A stretch of 36,946 nucleotides of DNA, taken from positions 1 through 36,946 of IMG/VR virus record IMGVR_UViG_3300045988_047290. The stretch is one strand, 5' to 3'. Numbering within the stretch: the first letter of the stretch is position 1; every line of letters starts with the position of its first letter. Origin of the DNA: a virus. A model generated the notes under the pieces. It saw only the letters and a list, made by a program, of their open reading frames with translations. It searched no databases and was not told the origin of the DNA. This document shows, in pieces, positions 22,660 through 32,180 of the stretch. The position numbers were made by a program, and so were the translations under genes.

Positions 22660-22826
22660 AACTTATCACAGTGGCGGAAGCCGCCAGGTTAGCGGAGTGC
22701 ACCGAAAACGCCGTACGCTACCAACTCAACGCCGGAAAGCTCACACGGTACGAGAATGGGACTGGAAAAATCAGAGTGAACAAAAATGAACTATTAGAAA
22801 CAATTTTTAATTTTAAGAAGATATGA
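22647..22826 (+). CDS. HTH DNA-binding protein, excisionase/MerR-like, 59 aa
   Basis: Hand-translated as MEKVELITVAEAARLAECTENAVRYQLNAGKLTRYENGTGKIRVNKNELLETIFNFKKI*. It overlaps both neighbours and was below the ORF-track cut-off. Confidence 0.6.
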   Translation: MEKVELITVAEAARLAECTENAVRYQLNAGKLTRYENGTGKIRVNKNELLETIFNFKKI

Positions 22827-23341
22827 AAGTAGTAATTGAATTAACTGGAAATGAGAGTGTGAAGGAATTGTTAGCGGCATCTAACTATTTACGTGAATTG
22901 GCTGGCGGAACTGCTCCGGATGTGGTAGAGAAAAAAACTGATCTTGACAAGTTAGCAGACGAAGTTGTAGAAGCAACGAAGGTGAAGGGCGAAGAAGCAC
23001 CTAAAACGGTGTCCGAGATCGTAGAATCAGAACGTGCAAAGACCCGTGCTAAACGTGCCGCGAAGCCTGCACCAGTTGAAGAGCCCGCACCAGTTGAAGA
23101 GCCCGCACCAGTTGAAGAGCCCGCACCAGTTGAAGAGCCCGCACCAGTTGAAGAAGCGCCTAGACGTGATGTCATAAAATATTCGATCGACGATTGTAAA
23201 GCTTGGGCTATGAAGGCGCTAAACGCGAAGAAACGCCCAATTGTACAGGAAGCATTTGAACATGTAGGCGCATCCAGTTTCCCAACACTTAAACCGGAGA
23301 TGTATTTTGATTTTGTTGATTACATAGCAAGCCGTCTATAA
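22823..23341 (+). CDS. Hypothetical early protein with a (PAPVEE)5 linker
   Basis: 172 aa. It contains the 18-bp tandem repeat at 23069-23158. Confidence 0.6.
   Translation: MKVVIELTGNESVKELLAASNYLRELAGGTAPDVVEKKTDLDKLADEVVEATKVKGEEAPKTVSEIVESERAKTRAKRAAKPAPVEEPAPVEEPAPVEEPAPVEEPAPVEEAPRRDVIKYSIDDCKAWAMKALNAKKRPIVQEAFEHVGASSFPTLKPEMYFDFVDYIASRL
23069..23158 (+). repeat. 18-bp tandem repeat GCACCAGTTGAAGAGCCC, four perfect units plus one 16/18 unit
   Basis: Units at 23069, 23087, 23105, 23123 and 23141, read directly. In frame they encode PAPVEE. Confidence 0.95.
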
Positions 23342-24504
23342 TGGGACACGCAGATAGAGACCACGCGATTTTATCGCCGAGTAGCGCGAAACAATGGATA
23401 CATTGTACTCCATCGGCGCTACTAGCAGAAGAAGCAGGCAGCAAGTCAAGCGTTTACGCAGAAGAGGGCACACTAGCCCACGAAATAGCCGAATACGCGT
23501 TGGCACAGTATCTGAACGGCTTATATGATCCGATCATGGACGAAGCCCTGCCAATCAAGGATGAGCACCTTAAAAACCCACTGCTTAGTATCGACATGGC
23601 GAATTACATTCGCAAATACTGCGAGTTTGTCATCGGAGAAGGTTACGAGATGCAGAAGGCGGACGGGTTGAGTAAAATGTATCTAGAGCGTCGAGTAAAC
23701 ATTACAGATTTTGCGCCGGATTCGTTCGGATCGGTAGACGTAACACTAGTATCTGACAAGACGATACACATTATAGATCTGAAGTACGGTGCCGGCGTCA
23801 AGGTGTTTGCAGATCATAATGAGCAAATGATGATGTATGCTTTAGGAGCTTTGAAGGCGGCAGCGTCGAGGGACATAACCAATATTCGAATGACGATAGC
23901 ACAAGTCAGATTAGACCATTACGACACGTTCGAGATGTCGAAGGGTGAATTACTCGACTGGGCGGAAAAAGTGCTGAAACCAGCCGCAAAAGCAGCAATA
24001 CAGGGCAAAGGAAAGCAGGTTATCGGAAGTTGGTGCGGATTCTGTCCGGTTAAGGCCCAATGCAGGGCGCAACGTGACGCAATACTTGCAGACTTCGACG
24101 AAAAGCCCGAGCCTCTTCTATTGTCTGACGAGGAAATAGTAGACCTAATCGGTAAGATCGACACTTACAAGAGCTGGATCGAATCAGTTAATAAGTACGT
24201 TTACGATAGAGCGATACAGGGGTACAAATGGGAGGGCTACAAGTTAGTAGCCGGACGGTCAAGACGAGTTATCAAGGACGAGGCAAAGATACGGCAGGCG
24301 TTGTTAGGCGAGTTCCTGGAGGACGAGGTTTTAAACATCAAGCTAAAGGGTATTGGCGACCTTGAAAAGCTGGTAGGCAAAAAGGTATTTAGTGCAAGGT
24401 TTGGAGACGCGATCGAATCGCTACCCGGTGCGCCAAAGCTAGTACCGGAATCCGCTAAGGGAGTAGAATACAGCCCGCTTTGCGACTTCGATGTAGAAGG
24501 CTAA
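23341..24504 (+). CDS. PD-(D/E)XK exonuclease, DUF2800/Cas4-like
   Basis: HAILSPSSAKQWIHCTPS, YAEEGTLAHE, GSVDV...IIDLKYG and the C-terminal Cys cluster WCGFCPVKAQC. Confidence 0.8.
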   Translation: MGHADRDHAILSPSSAKQWIHCTPSALLAEEAGSKSSVYAEEGTLAHEIAEYALAQYLNGLYDPIMDEALPIKDEHLKNPLLSIDMANYIRKYCEFVIGEGYEMQKADGLSKMYLERRVNITDFAPDSFGSVDVTLVSDKTIHIIDLKYGAGVKVFADHNEQMMMYALGALKAAASRDITNIRMTIAQVRLDHYDTFEMSKGELLDWAEKVLKPAAKAAIQGKGKQVIGSWCGFCPVKAQCRAQRDAILADFDEKPEPLLLSDEEIVDLIGKIDTYKSWIESVNKYVYDRAIQGYKWEGYKLVAGRSRRVIKDEAKIRQALLGEFLEDEVLNIKLKGIGDLEKLVGKKVFSARFGDAIESLPGAPKLVPESAKGVEYSPLCDFDVEG

Positions 24505-24540
24505 CAGAAGTTAAAAAACAATTAAAGAATGTATAAACGG

Positions 24541-24570
24541 TTTGAAGTCTAAAATAAAGCAATATCTTTG
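24541..24570 (+). promoter_or_regulatory. Promoter (Bacteroidota type) upstream of the SSB-like gene
   Basis: TTTG at 24541-24544, an 18-nt spacer, TATCTTTG at 24563-24570, then the ATG at 24600. Confidence 0.6.
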
Positions 24571-24599
24571 AACCGTGAAACAAATTAAACTTAAAAATT

Positions 24600-25175
24600 A
24601 TGAGTAGAAAATTGATCTTAAAAAACGTACGTTTCTCTTATGTAAGAGTTTTTGAACCGGAACAATTTAACGGTGTAGGTGACTTCCATTATAGCGTAGT
24701 ACTCCTGATCCCCAAAACAGACACCGCTCTAGTTAAGCAAATTAACGACGCGGTCAAAGCAGAAGCGCAGGAATATTTTGCAAAAGACCCGAAATTTAAG
24801 GGACGCGTGCCAGAAAATTATAAAAGCCCGTTGAAGGATGGCGACGCGCCGGAGAAAGAAGGACAAGCCGGATTTGAAGGTATGTACTATATTACGGCGA
24901 AAAGAAAAGAGGAACACGGGCAACCGATCGTTATTGATAAGAGCAAACGCCCAATCACAGTGAAGGAGGATATGTATTCTGGCTCTTGGGGCGTGGCTTC
25001 CATCTCAATCTACGGTTACAACATGAGTAGCGACAACCGCGGTATAACAGCCGGATTGAACGGAATTCAGAAGGTAACCGACGATGACAGACTAGACGGC
25101 GGATCAAGCGTCAACGACTTCGAAGATTTAAGCGATGAAAACGACGACCCGTTTGGAATGAACGTTCCATTTTAA
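24600..25175 (+). CDS. ssDNA-binding protein, DUF2815-type
   Basis: ILKNVRFSYVRVFEP, YSVVLLIPKTD and an acidic C-terminal tip DFEDLSDENDDPF. Confidence 0.75.
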   Translation: MSRKLILKNVRFSYVRVFEPEQFNGVGDFHYSVVLLIPKTDTALVKQINDAVKAEAQEYFAKDPKFKGRVPENYKSPLKDGDAPEKEGQAGFEGMYYITAKRKEEHGQPIVIDKSKRPITVKEDMYSGSWGVASISIYGYNMSSDNRGITAGLNGIQKVTDDDRLDGGSSVNDFEDLSDENDDPFGMNVPF

Positions 25176-25249
25176 ACAATTATCTCTATTATAAACAATT
25201 AAATTAATTATTAATCAATCTCGTTAAAACAGGTGTAAAATGATTTTCA

Positions 25250-25287
25250 AAAGCCGTGCCGAGTAGAAGCGGCGCGGCTTTAATTTT
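25250..25287 (+). terminator. Terminator-like hairpin
   Basis: AAAGCCGTGCC (25250-25260) pairs with GGCGCGGCTTT (25271-25281), giving one G-U pair and a 10-nt loop, followed by AATTTT. Confidence 0.5.
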
Positions 25288-25305
25288 AAAAACCCCTAAA
25301 AAGAC

Positions 25306-27306
25306 ATGAAACCAATTTATATAGATTTTGAAACTTATTCAAGCGAGGACATTAAGAGCGGCGGCGCGTACAGATATACGCAATCGCCCGACTTTGAAAT
25401 ACTTTTGATAGGTTATGCGATCGAAGATGGAGACGTTAATATTATAGATATGACACAGCCCGGATCGATCATAAAATTTGCCGCGTTTGTCCGTCTCATC
25501 TCTTCACCCCAATATACGATTGTGGCACACAACGCCCAATTTGAACGCCTATGTTTGGCGGCGTATAAGGTAGACATTCCCGCGGAACGTTTCCTATGTA
25601 CCGCAACTATGGCGTTATACGCCGGATTCCCGGAGAGCCTGGGAAACCTTTCTAAAGCATTGGATTTGAAAGAAGGCAAGAAGGGTACAGGGCTAGCCCT
25701 TATAAAATTCTTCTGCCAACCACAGAAGCCAACTAGAGCGAAACCGGAAGAGTACCGGAACTTGTCAAAAGATTATCCGGAAAAATGGGAGGAATTTATA
25801 GACTACCTACGTTATGATATTCTTTCAGAACGTGAAGCCCTGGGGCGCCTTGATTACTGTAAGTTCCCGCAGTCGGAAATAGACCTGTACCGGCTGGATC
25901 AGGACATAAACGACAACGGCATAGCCGTGGATATGGAGCTGGTAGAACGCGCGGACGCTCTCAATGAGGAGTTTTGCGGGGAGCTAAAGAACCGGATTAA
26001 GACGAAATACGGCATGTCATCTTTAAAGTCCACAATGCAACTTAAGGACTTTGTAATGATCCAAACCGGAAAGACCTTTGATTCATTCCGCAAAGAGGAC
26101 ATAGAGGAGATTATGCAGGAGTGCGACAATGAACGAGTAGACGAAGTACTAAACGCCCGAAAGATAATAAACAAAACTAGCAACGCCAAATATACAGCCA
26201 TGCGCAATTGCGTGTGCTTCGACGGACGCGTACATGGTTTGTACCGTTTCTATGGGGCGGGCCGTACTGGACGATGGGCGGGTAGACTGGTCCAAATGCA
26301 GAACCTACCGCGTAACTATATACATGACCTTGACGGCGCACGTGATAACGTTAAACACATGGGTTTGCAGGACTTCGAAACGTTTTGGGGAAATGTGCCT
26401 GACACGTTATCGCAGCTTATCAGAACAGCATTTGTAGCCCCCGAGGGAACTACATTCCATGTCGCCGACTATTCAGCCATCGAAGCCCGCGTACTGGCGT
26501 GCCTGTGCCGCGAGGAATGGCGTATTGAAGCGTTCCGCAACGGGAAAGACATCTACGTAGTATCTGCAAGTATGACATTTAGTTTGCCCGAAGATCAATG
26601 CGGAAAAGGCACTCATTACCGCCAACAGGGTAAAGTAACCGAGCTTGCATTAGGTTATGGCGGCTGGGTGGGCGCTATGTCTACGATGGACGATGAGAAC
26701 GCGATTGACCCGGCATTGTACAAGGATATTATATTGAGATGGCGCGACGCTTCTCCACGAATAGTTGAATTTTGGGAAGCCCTAGACAGCCGTGCTAAAC
26801 TCTGTATTCGTAACAAGAGGGACGTGGAGGTTATCCGGTACGGCGTACACGTTTGTACATTTCAATGGTTTAAAGAAAACAATTCTCTGGCAATTTTATT
26901 ACCTTCGGGCCGTCGTTTGTTTTACCCGTTTTGCCGGATCGCTACGAAAAGCGTACACGGACGAGACCGGGAGGTTATAACATACAAGGGTCAGGACTTA
27001 ACCGGAAAATGGGCGGACCTAGACACCTACGGCGGAAAGCTAACCGAAAATATAACGCAGGCAGTCAGCCGTGACCTATTGGCGTACGGCATGCAAGAGA
27101 TTGTAAAACGTTATCCTATGGTTAAAATCGTGGGGCATATCCACGACGAGACGGTAAACGAGGTACCCCTAGGTGATTTTGGAGAACCGGTTGTTTCGCT
27201 CGAAGAGATTTGCGAAGCTATGGCAGTTACACCAAAATGGGCGGACGCTTTCGGTATTCCGTTGAAGGCAGAAGGATTCACTAGTAACTATTATAAGAAA
27301 GATTAA
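25306..27306 (+). CDS. DNA polymerase, family A, with a 3'-5' exonuclease domain
   Basis: ExoI IYIDFETYS, motif A VADYSAIEARVLA, motif B RQQGKVTELALGYGG, motif C GHIHDE. Confidence 0.9.
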   Translation: MKPIYIDFETYSSEDIKSGGAYRYTQSPDFEILLIGYAIEDGDVNIIDMTQPGSIIKFAAFVRLISSPQYTIVAHNAQFERLCLAAYKVDIPAERFLCTATMALYAGFPESLGNLSKALDLKEGKKGTGLALIKFFCQPQKPTRAKPEEYRNLSKDYPEKWEEFIDYLRYDILSEREALGRLDYCKFPQSEIDLYRLDQDINDNGIAVDMELVERADALNEEFCGELKNRIKTKYGMSSLKSTMQLKDFVMIQTGKTFDSFRKEDIEEIMQECDNERVDEVLNARKIINKTSNAKYTAMRNCVCFDGRVHGLYRFYGAGRTGRWAGRLVQMQNLPRNYIHDLDGARDNVKHMGLQDFETFWGNVPDTLSQLIRTAFVAPEGTTFHVADYSAIEARVLACLCREEWRIEAFRNGKDIYVVSASMTFSLPEDQCGKGTHYRQQGKVTELALGYGGWVGAMSTMDDENAIDPALYKDIILRWRDASPRIVEFWEALDSRAKLCIRNKRDVEVIRYGVHVCTFQWFKENNSLAILLPSGRRLFYPFCRIATKSVHGRDREVITYKGQDLTGKWADLDTYGGKLTENITQAVSRDLLAYGMQEIVKRYPMVKIVGHIHDETVNEVPLGDFGEPVVSLEEICEAMAVTPKWADAFGIPLKAEGFTSNYYKKD

Positions 27307-27307
27307 C

Positions 27308-29698
27308 ATGGAAAAATACACCTTATCGCTTGCAGGTTCTTCGGCTTCATTGAAGTGGAAAGCCGTACGTATGACTTGGGAAGCATTTTTGGAAAGACTG
27401 GGAACGCCCGTTATCACTAACGAAACGGTACGCGAGTTCGATAGACTGGACAAGCCCGCTAAATCGTCCTTGAAGGACGTTGGCGGATTCATGGCGGGCG
27501 AGCTTTCCGGCGCGCAACGCCTTAAGAAAGCGGTTATGTCCCGATCTATGATTACATTAGACGTAGACTTTGGGGACGATCTATTCCCGTTCGATTTTGC
27601 GGATCGCTTTCCGGGCGTATCCGCTGCTATCTACACCACTAGATCAGACCGTCCCGGATCACGCCGTTATCGTCTTATTATGCCGTTTAAGGAAGAGGTT
27701 ACAGACGTTACGATGTACGAGGCAGCGGCACGTAAAGTAGCCGAGTTGTTAGGCATCGATCTATTTGATAAAACAACGTTTCAGCCGGAACGTATGATGT
27801 ACTGGCAATCTCTTTCCAAAGACCAAACCGGACTATTCGAAGTATTTGAAGGTGAGCCGATCAGCGCGGGGTATCTCTTAGGTTTGTACGGAGACAACGA
27901 AGAATGGCGCGACGTGCGCAAATGGGCGTTCCACTCTGAAACGGAACGCGATACCCGTTCTATCATTAGTAAGGAGATGGCGAAAGACCCGCGCGATAAG
28001 GAGGGCTTGGTAGGTGCTTTTTGCCGCTCGTACACCATCCCGGAAGCCATAGAGAAATACTTGTCAGACGTTTACACAGAGGTAGACAACGGACGCTATA
28101 CATACGCACTTGGATCAGGCGCTGCCGGCCTAGTTGTGTATGACGACGTGCTTTGCTTTTCCCACCACTCAACCGACCCTATCGGAGACGGACACGCATA
28201 CAACGCCTATGATTTGGTACGGGTGCACAAGTTCGGGCACCTAGGTAAGGAAGACAGTACCCGCGAGATGAACAAGCTAATTTGCGCTGATAAAGAGTGC
28301 GTTAAGGATATGGTAGCCGTGGACGATGATCTAGCCGACTTTGAGGAGTACACAGACGATGTTAAGAGCGACGCGCAGACCGCCGAGGAACTGGTCTGGG
28401 ACTTGGACAGAAAGGGCGATAAAATGTGTACCGTTCGAAACTTCGTTAATGCTTTCAAATGCGATCCGCTATTGAATGATCTACTAGCTTATGACTTGTT
28501 TCTTGATACGATTGTGTACACCCGTACGCCGTTCTTCTCGAAAGACATCAAGAAGGGTGATATGCTGGACGATACCGCCGTAGCGATTATCCGCGGACGT
28601 ATAGAGGATTTGCACGGTATTTATAATGACAGCAAATTAAACGACGCGATGGAAAAGGTTTGCAGCGAAAATGCTTTCCATCCTATCAAGAAGTACCTGG
28701 AGGCGCAAAGATGGGACGGCGTGAAACGTATTGATAATTTCCTAGTTGATTATATGGGAGCAGAGCCTAGCATCTATGTGTCCGAGGCGTTCCGCAAAAT
28801 GTTAGTTGCCGCCGTTACTAGAATTTATGAGCCAGGCCGCAAATTTGATACGGCGCTTGTTATGTATTCAGGACAGGGTGCGGGAAAGTCCACGCTTATA
28901 CAGGCGCTTTCAAAAGGTTGGTTCAACGACTCATTAACGGACGTGTCCGGGCAAAAGGCATACGAGGCGATACAACACGCCTGGATAGTGGAGCTAGCCG
29001 AGTTGTCAGCCCTTCGCCGTTCGGACGTGGAAGCCACGAAGAACTTCATAAGCAAGCGTGAAGATACATATCGTAGTGCATACGCCCGCCGAGTAAAAAC
29101 ACACAGACGGCAATGCGTATTTTTCGGGTCTACAAACGACGATGAGTTTTTGAAGGACAAGACCGGAAACCGCCGTTTCTTCCCGATCAAGGTATGCGTT
29201 AATAAGAACACGCACAAGCTGTTTGAAAAGTCTTTCGAGGCAGTGGTAGACCTACTTTGGGCCGAGGCTATGGAGTTGTACATGTTGGGTGAAAGCCTTG
29301 TTTTGTCTGACGAAGCCGAAGCGATCGCAAACGAAGGCCGCGAGGAATTTACAGAAGAAAGCCCGCTAGTAGGTATTATAGAAAACTATGTAGATAAGCT
29401 TTTCCCGGCTGACTATGAAGACCGCACAGAACAACAACGCGCCGACTTCCTGGCCGGATCGCTGGAAGAGGTTGGGACTGTTCAAAAAAACGAGTTCTGT
29501 TTAATGGAGCTTTGGGTGGATGCATTGGGTCGCCGGAAAGAAGATTATACAAGCGCGAAGGGCCGCGAACTGGCAACAGCTATGAGACAGTTAGGAGGAT
29601 GGTATAAAGGAAAGTTAAAAAGAACCAAATTATACGGCCGACAAGTAGTTTATATCCGTAAAGGTAGCGAGGAAAGCAAAAAATTACTATCTTTGTGA
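27308..29698 (+). CDS. Primase-helicase (N-terminal prim-pol-like domain plus VirE/D5-type NTPase)
   Basis: 796 aa. ITLDVDFGDD in the N-terminal domain, Walker A YSGQGAGKST, VFFGSTND and TGNRRFFPI. Confidence 0.8.
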   Translation: MEKYTLSLAGSSASLKWKAVRMTWEAFLERLGTPVITNETVREFDRLDKPAKSSLKDVGGFMAGELSGAQRLKKAVMSRSMITLDVDFGDDLFPFDFADRFPGVSAAIYTTRSDRPGSRRYRLIMPFKEEVTDVTMYEAAARKVAELLGIDLFDKTTFQPERMMYWQSLSKDQTGLFEVFEGEPISAGYLLGLYGDNEEWRDVRKWAFHSETERDTRSIISKEMAKDPRDKEGLVGAFCRSYTIPEAIEKYLSDVYTEVDNGRYTYALGSGAAGLVVYDDVLCFSHHSTDPIGDGHAYNAYDLVRVHKFGHLGKEDSTREMNKLICADKECVKDMVAVDDDLADFEEYTDDVKSDAQTAEELVWDLDRKGDKMCTVRNFVNAFKCDPLLNDLLAYDLFLDTIVYTRTPFFSKDIKKGDMLDDTAVAIIRGRIEDLHGIYNDSKLNDAMEKVCSENAFHPIKKYLEAQRWDGVKRIDNFLVDYMGAEPSIYVSEAFRKMLVAAVTRIYEPGRKFDTALVMYSGQGAGKSTLIQALSKGWFNDSLTDVSGQKAYEAIQHAWIVELAELSALRRSDVEATKNFISKREDTYRSAYARRVKTHRRQCVFFGSTNDDEFLKDKTGNRRFFPIKVCVNKNTHKLFEKSFEAVVDLLWAEAMELYMLGESLVLSDEAEAIANEGREEFTEESPLVGIIENYVDKLFPADYEDRTEQQRADFLAGSLEEVGTVQKNEFCLMELWVDALGRRKEDYTSAKGRELATAMRQLGGWYKGKLKRTKLYGRQVVYIRKGSEESKKLLSL

Positions 29699-29769
29699 TA
29701 CCGAATTAAAACAATACTTTCTTTTCTAATTTTTAAGGTTAATACTTTTAGGGTGGTTTTTTCAGTTAA

Positions 29770-29806
29770 AAAGTCTTTCGTAGTGATACGCGAGACTTTA
29801 TTTTTG
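29770..29806 (+). terminator. Terminator-like hairpin after the primase-helicase gene
   Basis: AAAGTCT (29770-29776) pairs with AGACTTT (29793-29799), followed by ATTTTTG. Confidence 0.45.
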
Positions 29807-29835
29807 TTAATATACTAAAGTTTTTTGAGAAAAGA

Positions 29836-29866
29836 TTTGCAGGTATCAAAATAAACCGTACCTTTG
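29836..29866 (+). promoter_or_regulatory. Early promoter P-E2 (Bacteroidota type), paralogous to P-E1
   Basis: TTTG at 29836-29839, a 19-nt spacer, then TACCTTTG at 29859-29866. The 14-mer ACTAAAGTTTTTTG at 29814-29827 is identical to 22201-22214. Confidence 0.7.
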
Positions 29867-29898
29867 CTTTCACAATAACCAATTAAAATATTACAATC

Positions 29899-30183
29899 AT
29901 GGATTTAGTAAGAAAAAGAATCGACGAGGAATTCGCTAACAGCGAATACTGGGTAACAAAACACATTATATGTGATTTGGAAATGAAAGCAACCAGAGTT
30001 AAGTGCACCGCTGATGAAATTTGTAAGGACGGAAAATACTATTGGAGCTTAAACTACTCCGTTAATGGTTACGCGGAAACTACCTATAATGAATACGTAG
30101 AATTTATGTATCGGCAAGCCGTAGAAACCGCAAAGCAGGTGGAAAAATTTTTGGGAGTTAAAATTAATATTTGGAGGTACTGA
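29899..30183 (+). CDS. Hypothetical early protein, 94 aa (first gene after P-E2)
   Basis: ORF track. Confidence 0.6.
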   Translation: MDLVRKRIDEEFANSEYWVTKHIICDLEMKATRVKCTADEICKDGKYYWSLNYSVNGYAETTYNEYVEFMYRQAVETAKQVEKFLGVKINIWRY

Positions 30184-30184
30184 T

Positions 30185-30271
30185 ATGAAACAGTTTATAA
30201 TTTACACGTTTTGGGCGATCCTGTTTGTATTATTCATTTTGTTGTGCTGCGAGCCAACAACTAATATTTAA
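30185..30271 (+). CDS. Possible 28-aa TM peptide
   Basis: Hand-translated as MKQFIIYTFWAILFVLFILLCCEPTTNI*. It fills the gap between neighbouring genes. Confidence 0.3.
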   Translation: MKQFIIYTFWAILFVLFILLCCEPTTNI

Positions 30272-30275
30272 ATCT

Positions 30276-30470
30276 ATGGTACAGATACTAAGAGCCAATA
30301 TAGTAACCACAACGGGAACTATTGTAAGAGACTACACAGAAGTAGCGGACGAACTAGGGGTCTACGTGGTAGAAGATCTAGAAGCGGAACGGCGGTATAT
30401 TGCCGAGTGTCAGACCCGAATGGGATTTACGGTTAAGCGGGTTAATCTAACTTATGTAACGGAGGGATGA
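30276..30470 (+). CDS. Hypothetical protein, 64 aa
   Basis: ORF track 30225..30470 has a non-ATG start. The first ATG is at 30276. Confidence 0.5.
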   Translation: MVQILRANIVTTTGTIVRDYTEVADELGVYVVEDLEAERRYIAECQTRMGFTVKRVNLTYVTEG

Positions 30471-30688
30471 CATATATTATTTTAGCGGCGGTACTTATCG
30501 CGATCGCCGCGTACTATCCAATTAAACTTATAAAATTTTATTGTATGGAAAGTAAAGAACAAGGCTTGAAGGCCAAAATTACACAGGACTTAAGAGAAGG
30601 AAGAGTTTCCCGTAGCCTTATTTTGTTGGTGCTGGGAGAAGGTGGTTTGCGTCTCACACGTAACCAATTAGATGTTATTTTCGAGTGA
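30467..30688 (+). CDS. Hypothetical protein, 73 aa, with an N-terminal TM helix
   Basis: MTYIILAAVLIAIAAYYPI. ATGA overlap with the upstream gene. Confidence 0.55.
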   Translation: MTYIILAAVLIAIAAYYPIKLIKFYCMESKEQGLKAKITQDLREGRVSRSLILLVLGEGGLRLTRNQLDVIFE

Positions 30689-31150
30689 ATGGTTCAGAAT
30701 ACGAACGCGTGGCGCGTAGTCGCGACGCCTGACGATAGACGGTTTGTAGTAGTGTTTGCGCATTCTCCATTCCACCCGGAAGAGTGGGACAATTTCGAGG
30801 ACTACACACACGTTATGCGCCAAATGTCCGGAGCGTACAAAGCAGAGGATTTTTTCACGTCTCGAACCACGGAGACAGAATCGGACCGTATTTTCCGAGA
30901 TTTTATCGACATCGGCCGTCAGATAAAATCGTACGACTATGTTACGTTTGACTTCGACGGGGTACGTACGCTAGGAATGGTAATAGACGGTGGTATATTA
31001 AACGAGATACATACTGTTAAAATATTATCCGGGGGATCATGCGGGCGATATTGCACCGTCGGAGAAGGAGACAATGTATCTAGAATAGAACCGGGTGAAG
31101 CGATGAAGGAACTAGCCCGACAAAAGGAGGAATGGAAGAACAAGAAGTAG
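30689..31150 (+). CDS. Hypothetical protein, 153 aa
   Basis: ORF track. It starts directly after the previous stop. Confidence 0.6.
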   Translation: MVQNTNAWRVVATPDDRRFVVVFAHSPFHPEEWDNFEDYTHVMRQMSGAYKAEDFFTSRTTETESDRIFRDFIDIGRQIKSYDYVTFDFDGVRTLGMVIDGGILNEIHTVKILSGGSCGRYCTVGEGDNVSRIEPGEAMKELARQKEEWKNKK

Positions 31151-31177
31151 CAGAATTTTTATTAAAAGAATACAGCA

Positions 31178-31450
31178 ATGAGTAACAAGAAAAAATTAAA
31201 GTCTCGTGATGGAGCAACCCGGATAACGCCGGATAAGTCTTTTAACGGTAAATTCATGGGGGTATACAAGCTCCAAGTATATAATGCGGACACGCTATCA
31301 TGGAGCGATTTAGAAGGGTGTACCAACATTACCTGGGGCAAAGCCGTAATGGCCCGGAAAAATTTCGTAGCACTACGGAATGCGTGCAAAGTGGCAAACG
31401 GCGCAAGCCTACATATTAACGTACCGACGGATGAAGTCTACGGAAACTAG
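31178..31450 (+). CDS. Hypothetical protein, 90 aa
   Basis: ORF track. Confidence 0.55.
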   Translation: MSNKKKLKSRDGATRITPDKSFNGKFMGVYKLQVYNADTLSWSDLEGCTNITWGKAVMARKNFVALRNACKVANGASLHINVPTDEVYGN

Positions 31451-31739
31451 CGAAAAGGTATTCGAGCGTACTATGTCTAAGTACGTAGAGAGTAAAGGAG
31501 GGATGGCGGTTAAGCTGCTGTCCCAATTTATTAACGGGCTTCCGGATCGGATGTACCTGTTACCAGGTGGGACGGTTATATTTGTCGAGTTCAAATCAGC
31601 CGGATGCAAACCAAGGCCGATACAGCGCGTTATACTCGATCGGATCGCCGCGCTTGACTTCAATGTACGTGTAGTGTCGAACCCTGACGAGTACAATGAT
31701 TTGAAGGAATTAATAGACTTCTATGTTAACGTACGTTAA
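31431..31739 (+). CDS. VRR-NUC domain nuclease
   Basis: GLPDRMYLLPGGTVIFVEFKSAGCKPRPIQ contains the PD...(E)xK core. The in-frame ATG at 31431 is preferred over the ORF-track start at 31380. Confidence 0.75.
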   Translation: MKSTETSEKVFERTMSKYVESKGGMAVKLLSQFINGLPDRMYLLPGGTVIFVEFKSAGCKPRPIQRVILDRIAALDFNVRVVSNPDEYNDLKELIDFYVNVR

Positions 31740-31784
31740 CTAAGAACGTTTAATGCAAATCAAAGTTAAGAGTTTACCCTATAT

Positions 31785-31815
31785 TTTGGTAGTCCGAAAA
31801 GAACCCGTATCTTTG
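31785..31815 (+). promoter_or_regulatory. Promoter (Bacteroidota type)
   Basis: TTTG at 31785-31788, a 19-nt spacer, then TATCTTTG at 31808-31815. Confidence 0.6.
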
Positions 31816-31853
31816 AAATGTCAAAAGGAAATAACCACTTAAAAATTAAAGAT

Positions 31854-32135
31854 ATGAAAAAGTTTAGCAAATCAGAAGTAATTGAATTAGGCAATATGTT
31901 AGCGCAACAAGGTTTAGTAGTACGTTACGAACCTAGAAGCCATTCACATAATACCCGCACATTGTTTCCGCAAACTAGCGCGCAATACGATTGGTTGAAG
32001 AGAACAGCGGGAACTACTGACAATGTGATTATACTTTCCACTGTCGAGGATATAGTATCCAGATTCCCCGAATTATCTGGGCATGTGACTAGCACCAAAT
32101 CAGGTAGTAATTGTAGAATAGACATCTCTTTATAA
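31854..32135 (+). CDS. Hypothetical protein, 93 aa (alternative start 31818)
   Basis: ORF track 31818..32135. The ATG at 31818 lies only 2 nt after the -7 box, so it is probably upstream of or at the transcription start. The next in-frame ATG is at 31854. Confidence 0.5.
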   Translation: MKKFSKSEVIELGNMLAQQGLVVRYEPRSHSHNTRTLFPQTSAQYDWLKRTAGTTDNVIILSTVEDIVSRFPELSGHVTSTKSGSNCRIDISL

Positions 32136-32180
32136 AAATAAACCCGGCGGGGTAACACCCGCCACAACACCCAAAAAGAT

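Noticed and set aside
23069-23158. Whether the 18-bp tandem repeat is a CRISPR-like array.
   Set aside because: The units are directly adjacent with no spacers. They are in frame inside a CDS and only 18 bp long, so this is a coding minisatellite.
29688-29695. TATCTTTG, a perfect -7 box, at the 3' end of the primase-helicase gene.
   Set aside because: No TTTG lies at the -33 position. The box is inside coding sequence (LLSL*), and a terminator-like hairpin plus a complete promoter (29836-29866) follow downstream. It is probably fortuitous.
32146-32163. A GC-rich 6-bp hairpin, GGCGGG/CCCGCC, after 32135.
   Set aside because: No T run follows, and the next gene starts 18 nt later within the same apparent operon. 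That is not enough to call a terminator.
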